Below, in pieces: positions 1 through 11,052 of a stretch of 64,000 bases of DNA (the stretch's first letter is position 1; each line of letters starts with the position of its first letter). The notes beneath the pieces were generated by a model, which was not told the DNA's origin, searched no databases, and was given only the letters and a program-made list of their open reading frames with translations. A program made the translations under genes and the position numbers. The DNA is from Phyllosticta citribraziliensis (taxonomy: Eukaryota): positions 1,736,001 through 1,800,000 of the forward strand of contig NW_027117341.1 in NCBI RefSeq assembly GCF_038025025.1, written 5' to 3'.

Positions 1-832
1 AGGCCGAGTCTGTCGATGCTTGGGTAGCGTCGGGAGCATGCTGCAAAGGTTATTTTTTAGCCGGAGGTGGCAGAAGTGATGGGCGGTAGCTTGTCTGTCA
101 AGGTCGACGGTGACAGGGGGGCTGACATGAAGGATGCGAAACAGTGGTTTTTGTCAGTTGCACCAGGGCGCGAACACGTACTCATACAGCGCAGCAGACG
201 CGTCCAGACCGAGACAGACTCCAAGGCGCGCGACACGATGGGGCGGCGATGGGATCCCAGTACTTGGTGTTGGTGTCAAGGCCCCAAGGCGCGCAGGGCG
301 ACTGCAGCTGGCCCCGGGGCCCACTGGCCTTGACGTCACCCCCGCCAACCTCGCCTCTCCACTCCATCCACCTCTGGCCCTCGTCATCGCATCGACATTC
401 CACAATTCCTGCACGCCGCCCGACGCGGAGTCTGCTCAAGACGATCCGACACAATGTCTCGTCCCAGCTGCCAGGAACATTTTCTGCCCGCCGGCCAATC
501 GGAGGTGCGCCAGCGCGACCTCGAAAACGACCCCATGTCCATTGTCTAACAAGCTTCATGTCCGCAGGGATTGCTCTGCACGTCTCGACTCCCGCGCTGC
601 CGTCGACGAAACATGTCTCTTCCCATCCTCCACAGCCTGTCCGCCTCGAGTCAGACCCAGTGTCCTAAATAGCACAATCCCTCCTCGCTGCCGCGTTTCG
701 CTTTTGGCCCCGGTCTAAGCAATGGCCCGAATTGTCCACCTTCGCTGGCATAATTGCCAACCCTTCGCCCCTCCACCTCGCGATCTTGGACCCGTTGCTT
801 CCCTCCTCCGACTTGGTTCGAGTTGAACCGCC

Positions 833-2242
833 ATGTTGCCACAAATCCTCCACATTTCCAAGCGCACCTTCTTCCGCGTCGCCGCCATCCTTCTCATCCT
901 CGGGACTCTATGGCACCTCCGGCAGTTCTCGGATCGTCTCGATGTCCAAGCCATTCGTACTTCGGCCGCCAGCTACTTTCGCCATGAGGAACAAGCCTCG
1001 TGTCCCCCGATGCCAGGAATGTCGGACATGCTGGTTGTGCTGAAGACGGGAGCTACAGAGATTCCGACCAAAGTCCCAGTATCTCTACACACGGTCTTGC
1101 GCTGTGTTCCCAATTTGGCAATCTTTTCCGACTACGAGGAAACTATTGAGAATCGCCCGGTCCAAGACGTGCTTGCGAGGATACCTGACGACATCAAGGC
1201 TTCACATCCAGACTTTGAGCTTTACAATCGTCTTCAGGCCCGCGGCGGCCGCAGCTCAATCCCCAAGCATGAGATGGACGAGTGGTTTAATGCGCCAAAC
1301 ACCCAACAAGGCCAGCAGGGGAATCCGGCCTGGAGGCTCGAAAAGTGGAAATTCTTGCCCATAATCGACGCCGCACTCGACCGCATGCCCAACGCAACGT
1401 GGTACGTATTTGTCGAGGCAGACACCTACATTATGTTCCACAACCTGGCCGACTTCCTCAACCGCTACGACTCCCAGAACAACACGCCGCTGTACCTGGG
1501 CGAGCCGATGCAGATTGGAGGAGACGTTTTTGGCTATGGAGGCAGCGGCTACGCGCTCAACGCCGTCGCCATGCGCCAGGTCAGCAAGCATCGCGCCGAC
1601 AACGCAAAGGCGTACGACGATTACACGGCTGCACACTGGGCTGGAGACTGCGTCCTCGGCAAGGCGCTCCGCGACGCAGGCATCCCGCTCACATACGCGT
1701 GGCCCAACATCCAAGGAGGAAAGCCCTCTGAGCTCGACTGGGGCTCTCAAGCCGCCACAGCTGCGGCCGGAGGGACTCAAAAGCTATGGTGCTCGCGCGC
1801 AGTGTCGTATCACCACCTCTCGACCGAGGAGATGGCAGCCATGTACCGCATGCAGCGCATTACCGAGGATGCGAACAAGCCTCTCAAGCTGCACCGCGAC
1901 ATCTTCGACAACTTCGTTAGGCCGTTCCTGGTTCCCGAGGTCGACGCGTGGGAAAACCAATCCGAGGACAACGTGACCAGAGAAAACACGACAGACGCTC
2001 CAATCGAAAGCTTTGTCGAATGCCGGCTTGCGTGCGAGAAGAGCGAAAGCTGTCTGCAGCTGGCGTGGTCCATGGATGGCGGCTGCCGCCACGAAAAGAG
2101 ATTGAAGTTCGGTCGTCCTCAGGAAGGCAGCCAGGCCAAGGGAACCTCGAGAGTGACGAGCGGATGGATCATGGACAGGGTCAAGAAGTACATTGATGAC
2201 CTGGGCAGCTGCGAGGCCAAAACCGAGTGGGCGGGTTCGTGA
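833..2242 (+). CDS. Glycosyltransferase family 31 (fringe-like) type II membrane protein
   Basis: 469-aa single-exon ORF with an N-terminal TM anchor. GT31 motifs: VVLKTGATE, WRLEKWKFLP, WYVFVEADTYI, GYGGSGY, WAGDCVLG, AVSYHH. Cys-rich C-terminus. Confidence 0.9.
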   Translation: MLPQILHISKRTFFRVAAILLILGTLWHLRQFSDRLDVQAIRTSAASYFRHEEQASCPPMPGMSDMLVVLKTGATEIPTKVPVSLHTVLRCVPNLAIFSDYEETIENRPVQDVLARIPDDIKASHPDFELYNRLQARGGRSSIPKHEMDEWFNAPNTQQGQQGNPAWRLEKWKFLPIIDAALDRMPNATWYVFVEADTYIMFHNLADFLNRYDSQNNTPLYLGEPMQIGGDVFGYGGSGYALNAVAMRQVSKHRADNAKAYDDYTAAHWAGDCVLGKALRDAGIPLTYAWPNIQGGKPSELDWGSQAATAAAGGTQKLWCSRAVSYHHLSTEEMAAMYRMQRITEDANKPLKLHRDIFDNFVRPFLVPEVDAWENQSEDNVTRENTTDAPIESFVECRLACEKSESCLQLAWSMDGGCRHEKRLKFGRPQEGSQAKGTSRVTSGWIMDRVKKYIDDLGSCEAKTEWAGS

Positions 2243-4057
2243 GCAGCCACGGGGGAAACGTCATGAAGAACGCTCCCAACGAAGAAGAAACGCGAACAGC
2301 GTCCTAGTGGAGGCCCTGAAAGTCTCGGCGTTTGTGGTTTGGGTTGTGGTCAAGATTTTCTCTCCGGTGTCTACTACGTCAGGCGTCGCGCCTTTTCCCT
2401 TCTCTCCGGAGGCCGTCAAGGTCTACCGGCCCTCTTTTCTGAACACTTCTACTTTCGACCTGGTCGCTGCCGACGGCAAGGAATCAATCCTTTTGGAATC
2501 CCGACAGCTCTCGACGTCGCTGCACACGCTTTCTTCTGTGCATCAGCGATGGCCCAGGCCTTTTTCATCATCTCTTTTTCAACAGGTCAAAGAAGGAACG
2601 GCGTTCGAGGTCTCAAACTCTTGAAAAACATTATACCAAACTCGTGGTGTGGGCTTCTATGGTTGATGGATCTTTCAAGAGCTTTGGCTGTTTATGGGAC
2701 TGAGTGTATTTCGTGTTCGAGTTAGGGGCAAGGAGACGGAGCCATGACTGTCTACGAAAGACTACGTGGATGGCATCAGGGAGCAGTCGACTCAACTGCA
2801 CGAAATTTCCAACTTTTTCGTATTCACGTTGCCGGAGAAATCGTTGTTGAGTGTCCCTTGACTGCTGTTATTCCCCGATTGACTTCCAGGATGCTTTGAC
2901 GTAGATGTGATCATGGCACACGCCATAGGGCGTGCGCGCATAATTACTTCGAGTTCGTCCACCCTCTGCCTGCTCTCTTTTTGAGAGGATATTGATGCTC
3001 CGTATTCTACCGCCGCACGATCTACCGCAATGGTTGCTCGCTCGCATGTCTCCATGTCTCCCCCCGAACGCTCACACGAGGAGGCGGAGTTTGCTCGGCC
3101 CTGTCGCTTCAGTCCGGTTCTAGTTCTATCTGGTCCTCGCTTGTCGACTGCAGCGGCAGTCCGAATCTTATGTTCCCTGCAGCGGAAGCGCAGGCGTTCG
3201 TTGCGAATGACGGACGACGCGGAGGCGTTGAATGGCAAGTAGGTGATGAGCATCGTGTGAGGTTGCTGCAGAAGTGAAGCATCTGGAAGCATCTGGTCAG
3301 TCGTCCTTTTTCCCTCTGCTTTTGTATCAAAGATCGCGCTGCTCAGAAGATGAAATTCTATCTCCGGAAAGCCCTCGCCTGTCACCAGCAGGTTCTTGCG
3401 TTCAGGAACCAAGCTGCCTAGGCTTTGAATTACGCTCCGCAGTTCTGTGAGCCGAAAGAGAATGCCCAAGCCGCACCCTCTCGCTTCCTGAGCGCAGCAA
3501 GCACCCGCCGCTTGTTTCAGCATGTTTCCCGGATCCAAATGGAGAGGCGGCGTTCTGCGATGGCGCGATACGATGCCATGCGCTTCGAGGGCAGAGATTG
3601 TTTCCATGTACGCTGAGCCCGTGGTTCTCGGGAGGCTCCGTGCAACATGTCGATTGGATCGCAGTACGGTCCATGTGGCAAGAACGCTCCACATCAGCGC
3701 TTGAGGTCACCGGAAGAAACGACGCCCGAAGCTTTGAGCTGACGCTAAAATGTTCTTTGGACGCGATTAAACAGAACGTTGAAAATGCGCGTTGCGATGT
3801 TGGTGGAGGAGCTTGCGGCACGGAAGAAAGGGGTTTTGTTAGTCAGCACAGCATCCCTCGCGTCTCCCAAACTTCGCGACAAGCACCTTGTTGAGTTTTG
3901 GCGCCGACAACTGCAGCAGCCCACGCACAACCTCAAGCTTCTTCTCCGCCAGCACCGGAACGCGCATTCTCAACGTCCTCTCGAATATCGTCCAAGGAGC
4001 ATCCACACATCAGCCTAAAACCTCGGACGTTGTTCCCAGCCTCTTCGCATTCTCGAC

Positions 4058-4620
4058 ATGCAGAGCGCCCGCACAGCGGTGCGACGATTGTGTCGCCCTC
4101 TTTCTCACCAATCCCACCGCACATTCCACCGCCAAACAGGGCTGTTCATCACCCGCGCTGCTGAAGGCCTGGAAACCAAGCGCTCGGTCGAGATATTTGT
4201 TGGGGACGCGCATGAGAGCTACGTGGTGGTGGAAAAAGAGGTTGGCAATGAGTTGAGAGAAGCCGCATCAATGGCAAACGCTGAGACGGTGCCGTTGACT
4301 TACCATCGCGGCTCTCGCCAGCTCGCATTTGGTGAGCTTCGGGGTTCTTTTGCGATTGGTCCCATGTTGACTGTTCTAGGCGACTCTCAACTTCCCCGCC
4401 TGGTCATTTCTCAAGATCTCGCCGTCCCGCCTGCGTCCAAAGGCGAAAAGAGCGCTGCGACGTTGTGGGCCGCGTTTCCCTCGGATTTGATTACTCTGGA
4501 CGGAACTACCGACCGTGAGGCTCTTCCACTCGGGAGCGTAAGTATCAAAGCTAACTGCCTGGCTAGATGATTTCGCAAAACTGTCGCATGATTCAGTTCG
4601 CAAACTGCGCCCGGTTGTGA
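4058..4620 (+). CDS. Small hypothetical protein with mitochondrial-presequence-like N-terminus (probably 2 introns; C-terminus uncertain)
   Basis: ATG at 4058. The N-terminus MQSARTAVRRLCRPLSHQSHRTFH is Arg/Ser-rich with no acidic residues. In-frame intron 4332-4379 (GTGAGC...TTGAC...TAG). Second donor GTAAGT at 4538 with a CAG acceptor at 4594-4596. The unspliced ORF stops at 4570. Confidence 0.5.
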
Positions 4621-5232
4621 AGCAGCTGAAAAATCGGTAGTTATACCGATAAGGGAAGCGGTTACAAAACTGTCGTATACTTCATTGGACCTCTCTCTCA
4701 GCAAACCGACGCACTTTCGGGTCGATTTGAGGTCAACTCTGCGCGCCCGCTCTTGGGACTCGCCAACCCAGAAACCCATCTTTGTCGACACCGCTCTTCG
4801 GCGCGGCTTCAACTTCGCCGCCACTCGCTCTTGAGCGCTCCCGACTGCAGGACAGTCGTCCAGAAGGGAGATTAAATCAGCAGGAAAAGTCGTCCAACCA
4901 GGGATGTCGCAGAAAGTCACAGGCTGCAGAATGCTGGCCGGCGCAACGTCCCCCTTGTTTCCACGAAGAAGATCCTCTTGATGTCTCAACGCCGATCACA
5001 AATTGCGATTGGGCGATACACACTGTGCGCGCCGTTTCCATTCAACGATTTTGCGCGCCGTTTCCAACAGAGGATCCGAACGTGTTTCGATTGTTGCATC
5101 TGTTGACGTCGCAAGGCGATCTGCGACAAGTTTGTGAATCCTGCCCTGCTTTCCTTTGCGGCGGATAAAAAGCACCGGCACTCGCAGTCTACAGCGTGCG
5201 TGTTGCAGTCTCGACGTCGCCGACGCTGCTTG

Positions 5233-5673
5233 TCATCTCATTGGCTTCTCGGTGCCGGGGGTTGATGTTTCGATACTTTTCGCGACCGATTTGTAGAACG
5301 CTGCGAGCTCCTCGACGCCCATTTGGTTGGTCGCGGTCCTCACATGCGCAGTCGTAAGCGGGTAGTCCTCGCCCGCGCGTGGTGGCTCTGTCACTTCAAG
5401 TCGAAACCCATTCATCTGAAGGAAGATGTCGGCCGCTATGAGAGCTGTTCGCTTGTTGCCGTCCTGGAAAGCATGGTTCTTCATGATCTTTTGCGCCAGA
5501 ATGGCCGCGAGATGGAACACGTCGGTCTGCTCTTCGTATGAGTGTGTATTGACGGGCGACAGCGTCGCGGACTCTAGCATGTCAGGCTGCGTCGGTATTG
5601 CGCGCGCGACTTGCAGGGCGTGTAGAATTGTAACTCGCGATGAAGTAAGGAAATAAAGAGTGCGCGATGCCAT
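5233..5673 (-). CDS. doc: Fic/Doc (death-on-curing) family protein
   Basis: 146-aa intronless ORF. Doc-type motif NHAFQDGNKRTA (5449-5475), LESA motif, N-terminal FLT..V..LH pattern, and FLQMNG after the motif. Confidence 0.92.
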   Translation of the reverse strand: MASRTLYFLTSSRVTILHALQVARAIPTQPDMLESATLSPVNTHSYEEQTDVFHLAAILAQKIMKNHAFQDGNKRTALIAADIFLQMNGFRLEVTEPPRAGEDYPLTTAHVRTATNQMGVEELAAFYKSVAKSIETSTPGTEKPMR

Positions 5674-5719
5674 CTAGTAGTATAGAGATATATGGCGCGT
5701 TGATTAATTAGCCCTAGAG

Positions 5720-8700
5720 AAAAGGAGAGAAAATAAGCATGTCATCTATAAAAGCTATAATAAAATCGTCTAAATACTTAAAGAGAACCTGGTTAATAAA
5801 ACGTTAAAAGGCTACTAGTCTATTACTTAATCTAAAAGGTAAGACACGGTATTTAAATAACCTATATCTTATATAGAAAGTGGTTTTATCTTTAGAATCC
5901 TTAGTAAGATAGATGCAGTAGAAAGCTTATTAAATATTAAGCTTAGTATAAATCTTGCCCTTTCTAATGTGCTGAAGTAACTCTATAATAAGAGGGAGGG
6001 GGTGTAAATCCTTAGTAGTTTATTTATTAAGCTATTAGTAGTCTATATAGAATCTCTATCCCCTACTAGGCTTTTTTACTATAAGAATAGGAGAAGTATA
6101 GGTAGTAAAGCTCTCTATAATAAAGCCTTTCTAAATATTCTTAATAATATACTCTTTTATAGCCTTAAGCTGCTCTAGAGATATTCTATAGAGAGGGCTA
6201 GGTAGAAGCTCTAGTAGACTATTATATATAAGAGATATTTTATAATTAACTCCTATATAATATAGTAGTAGCTTATTAGACTCTATTTTAGAAAATACAT
6301 CTTAAAATTCCTTATAAGTAGCTAGTAGCTTAGAAGCTAATAATTCCTTAGTTTCTTTATCTTTAAGAGCCGCTTAAACTTATATAAGGTTAATAGTATA
6401 GATCTCTATTAGCGTAACTTGTATTTTATAGATAGAAAGCTTAAAAGTATCTTAAGTTTAAAATTTAATTCCCTTAATAACCTATACTAAGGGAAGAAGG
6501 TATTTACTAAAGTTTTTATCTCTATAGTCTATATCTACTTAATATTCTTTCTGCAGTTTATTACTTTACATAGAGACTTTTAGTAGGTATAAAAGATGCT
6601 AAAAGGATTAGTTAACTAGTAGCTATCTCTAGACTAGTTTATATTATTTATAGTCTAGAAGAATATCATGCTGGTTAAAAAACTATTACCTAAGAATTAT
6701 ATTATTACGGCTAATATTATAAATAAAAGTATAAGTAGAAACTATTTAATCCTAGAAGTAGAGTTAAAGATAAAAGTAAAAATTAACTTTCTTATTTATA
6801 TATTAGTTAAACCTAGTAATATTAAGCCCTTTACCTATTATTCTCTTTTTTATAGCACCTATAGACTGGAGAGTTAGTAGTAGCTTAGGGTAAATAAAAC
6901 TTATACTACTAGTACTAGTATTAGCTAGGGCACGAATTTCTAAGGCGCGGCTATTAGATATAATTAAGGTTTATATAGTAAAGGGTATACCTCTAATAAA
7001 GTAACTAAGATTTATATAAGAACCCTTAATATGTATTACTCTAAGTTTAGACCTATAGTAGGAGACTTTATCTAGGTCTTATTATTTTCTAATAAAGACT
7101 AATCTCCTTTATTTATATAGATATCTTTAGTACTTTCTTCTTTAACTAACTCTATTACCTTTATCTCTAGTTATAGGCATTATCTCTATAAATAGCTAAA
7201 CTAGCTATAGTAATTATATAGTCTAATCTCTATATAGACTTCTACTTTACCTTTATAGGTTATATTATATGAGGGAGCCCTAGATATAGATTATACCTAG
7301 GTATAACTAGAAGATAAAGTACTTATACTACTTAAGATAGTTATCTTTACTTATTCTTATTATCTCTTCTTTACTTATTCCTTATATAATATAAGTATTA
7401 GTTTTCTATAGTTAGAATAGTAGTTACTAAGACTTTAAGTAATAGGGTAGGCTTATTAGAGGTACTTATAAAAGTTAATATCTCTATCTTACTCTATAGT
7501 AACTATATAGGTTTAAAGGAGAGGATCTATTATATTATAAAAGTCCTCTTTCTACTATTCCTAGGGAAGATCTACATCTAAGGCTAATTATATAAAGTTT
7601 AATTAAAACTTCTAAAGGTCTATAGGGATATAGTATATAAGAGAGCGTAACTACTTCTTTATATCCTTATATTTATATAGACTCTAAAGGAGGTTATCTA
7701 GAAATTTAAAGATATCCTTATCTAGAGTGACTTTATTAGCCTTTATATAAGAAGTAAGGAAAGGAGTTAGGTAATATAAGACTTCTCTACTAATATAGGA
7801 AATAATATAACCTATAATATTCTATTTAGTCTCCTCTACTATATCTTTAGTAAAGTGATTGTGGTTTTATTTAATTTTATTTTATATAAGGAGGGTCTAG
7901 TATTTATATAAGGGGTCTTCTCTATTAGTAAGAAGAGGAGGATTAGGAACCTTACTACTTTAGTATTTCTTACTACTTAAAGATAAAGTAGAGGTTTTAG
8001 TAGTAGTTTCCCTTATATAGTTAGGAGGAGGTCTAAGAGTCCTTATAACTCTACTAGTAGAAGGATCTTAAGAGAGGGTAATAGGTCTTAGGTACTAAGC
8101 TAATAAAGAGGGCCTAATATATCCTTCCCTTAGAACTTCCTTAAGTCTATTAGTATAGTTTAAGAGTATTTACTTAAGAGCCTAGTTTTACCTTTATATA
8201 TAGTTTAGTTGCTGCTGTACTTAAGACTTATTTAAGGATGCAATCTTAGATTTAAATTAATTAATATCTAAGCGCGGTACCTTTATAAATACCTCTATAA
8301 CTAGAGCTTAAATTATATAAGTTAACCCTAGGTCTTAGGTACGTTCTTTTACCTCTACTACTAGGACTAAGTAGAAATTATATAGGAGAATAGGGGTAGG
8401 TCCTCTCTTATTATTATTTAATAAAAGTCTAGTATTATATAAATCTTTAGTCTCTTTATATGAATCTTATTAAGTTAATTAACTAGTACTAATATCTTTA
8501 GTAGTACTAGATGTATTAGCTTTATTCTTAGCTATACTATCTTTATAGTCTTCTACTTAGAATATTCCTTAAGTAGGTTATAGATAGGACGCCTTCTAAA
8601 TATTTATATACTACTCTATAGCCTTAACTAAAGACTTCTATAGTTAATATATACTTAATACTCCTTAGTCCTTAGATAACACCGATGCGCCTAATAAAGA

Positions 8701-9700
8701 TAACTTAGGTTTACTAGAGAAAAGTAATAAGTAGTCTTATATAAGACTATAGCTATATATAATATTACTTAGGTTAAATATTATAATACCTTTATAGGTA
8801 AAGAAGTAGGATAGAGCTAAAACTTAGAATAATCTTTTATATCTATTATAACTTATAGATTTCTCGTTATATAGGTAAGGGCTAAAGGCAAACTACTAGA
8901 GAATATATATATATCTTAATTAAATCTAATAAGTTAAAAGAATAAAATATAAAAGATACTTACTACCTATATATTTCCTAGTCCTTCCTTTATACTATTC
9001 TACCTCTTATCCTTTATATAAGGGTCCTTGGTTATTATTAGGTAAGTTATAAAGGTAAGGTATTAATAGGCTATTATATAGTATCTATCTAGGGCTATAG
9101 TAGCTGGTGCCAGCCTATAGTAGCTAGTACTAGCCTGCGGGTTTTAGCCTAAGCTATAGCAGGCTGCTACCTAAGGTAAGGCTCGTGCTTCCTATAACTA
9201 TATAATACTAGGTTTATCTATACTAGCCCTAGTACTTACCTACTATATAATACCAGGTTTATCTATACTAGTTCTAGTACTTATATAGGCGCGTGTATGC
9301 CTATCGTGATAAAATTAGTATTAGTAGTAATAAGTAGATAAGTAGCTAAGGCATATATATATATATATATTAGAGTAGTATAGTAGGTATAAGGCTTAAG
9401 GATAAGGATAAGGATAAGAAATAGAGATTTTAGAAGTAGAAGGTATAAGAGAGGTATATATAATATATAAATAAGATAATATTTATAATAGTAGAGTAAG
9501 TAGATAAGTAAAGCCTTACTAAAAACCTTAATACTATAGCCTAGCTAATAAAGGTAATAAGTATAATCTATATAGCTAATTAATTATATAGATATTATAT
9601 TATATAAGGTACTAATTATATTATATAATATAATATTATATAATACTATAAATCTATAAAGGCAATTATATAGAATTACTAATAACTCTAATAATACTAA
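5720..9700 (-). mobile_element. RIP-degenerated, 3'-truncated Ty3/Gypsy LTR retrotransposon (gag, protease, partial RT); outer boundary/LTR approximate
   Basis: Very AT-rich and TpA-rich. Reversing C>T/G>A changes on the minus strand restores a gag CCHC knuckle (7177-7218, CNYCGQFGHLQRQC), the protease motif ALADTGA (6911-6931, now ALANTST), and RT segments SPIL.VKKP...R(F)xxDY, HPLPLI and YRVLPF. FIDDMLIFS is read directly (FIDD at 5741-5752). Confidence 0.9.
9197..9283. repeat. 45-bp period tandem duplication (2 copies) in the presumed retrotransposon leader
   Basis: actatataatac(t/c)aggtttatctatactag(cc/tt)ctagtactta starting at 9197 and 9242. Confidence 0.8.
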
Positions 9701-10500
9701 GAAAGTTAATACTAGTTAGTAGAGTAAATAGATACCCTACTTCCCCTTTATTATTAATTTTAGAGTAGATAGACCTAGAGAAATATAGTTAGCTATAATT
9801 CTTAAAAAGGTAGTTTTACTTCCTACTCTTAGAAGTATTTTAGCTAACTTAAGCTATATTAAAAGAGAATAGATAAAACTAGATCTAGAATCCTAATAAT
9901 TTTAAACTAGAGCTAGGGCTAAGTATATTAGATAAAATATTTTATATTAAGGATACTACTAATCTAGTATAAGGTTTAGTTAATAATAATAGTAATAATA
10001 CCTAGATAGCTAATCCGCCTTAATAAAATTATAGGATAGCGGCTAATAGTACCTAAACTAGAAATTAAGTAAATAAAAGAGCTAAGGTTAATTATTTAAA
10101 CCTAAAAGTTATAGGCCCTTCTAATAATCTAGATAGAGTACTTAATCGATTTAATAGATTAATAGGTGCGTAGAAATTAGAGCAATTAAATTTATACTAA
10201 GAGACTATAGATAATAATAAATATATAGAGCCTAAGCTATAGACTAGTAAATTAGTAAAATTAAAACCTTAAAGGGATAGACATGTCGCGCATGCTAATT
10301 CTAGTAGTTTTATAATTAGCTTAAGAAACTTTCTCTTTATTTTATTCTCTACTTAAATTAATTCCGTGTATTTAAAAAAGGGCTTAGGGCTGCACTTTAA
10401 GCTACTTTCTAATAGCTCTAGTAAAACTAGTGGTACTTTTCTTCTTTCTAATTATTCTATTAAACTGGGGCGCGACTAGGATCTAGATTAAAAGGAATAA
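9700..10500. other. RIP-mutated AT-rich flank, not recognisably retrotransposon-coding
   Basis: TpA-rich, grading into normal GC content by about 10520. No gag/pol motifs recognised. Confidence 0.55.
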
Positions 10501-11052
10501 AGCAGGCCTGATAATTCGCTGATAGATTGCAGAGGCAACGGAACAGGGCTGCGAGATTGAAAGTGTAAGTAGACTAAATTGACATGCCGCTTCCTGAGGC
10601 TCTAGGAGAGTCCATGATTCGTTGCCGCGTTTAACGGCACGGCACTACTGAACCTTGACTTACTTGAGCATTGAATGCAGTTGAAAGTCTTATTCACGAC
10701 AACGTTTTCCCTTTTCTCCGCCCACATTTCCATCCTGCCTTTACGCCCATCGCTGCGTCTAAAGTATTCCATTGCATTACAGTATCTTGTCACTAAAGAG
10801 CTGAACCTTTGGATTGTCTTGTTGAACTAAATCCTCTCCAATCTGGTACTGCTCTTTCCGCGACATTGAGCGTTCACTAAATCCGGCGGACCCGCCTCTG
10901 AGTCGACCTCCACGTTCCTATCGAAAGTCCGCGACAACGGAGCTCAGATCAGCTCTCGATTGCCCCATTGGACAAGACTTGCAAGAGGCAAATCGCGGTG
11001 CGGTTGATACGCAATCAGCCACGTTGTGTGCTGCGTACCGAAACGCAACCTG

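Noticed and set aside
2792..3694. 300-aa minus-strand ORF
   Set aside because: Non-ATG start, no recognisable motif or codon bias. It cannot be supported as a gene, although a degenerate orphan is not excluded.
4411..4989. 192-aa minus-strand ORF just downstream of Doc as a possible antitoxin
   Set aside because: Starts at TTG, overlaps the spliced plus-strand gene in antisense, and has no Phd-like features.
6668..6877. 69-aa plus-strand ORF in the AT-rich block
   Set aside because: Antisense to the RIPed protease region; a chance ORF.
5720..10500. AT-rich block as mitochondrial insertion, contamination or Starship captain
   Set aside because: De-RIPed translation gives Gypsy gag/PR/RT motifs. 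No tyrosine recombinase or mitochondrial gene was recognised.
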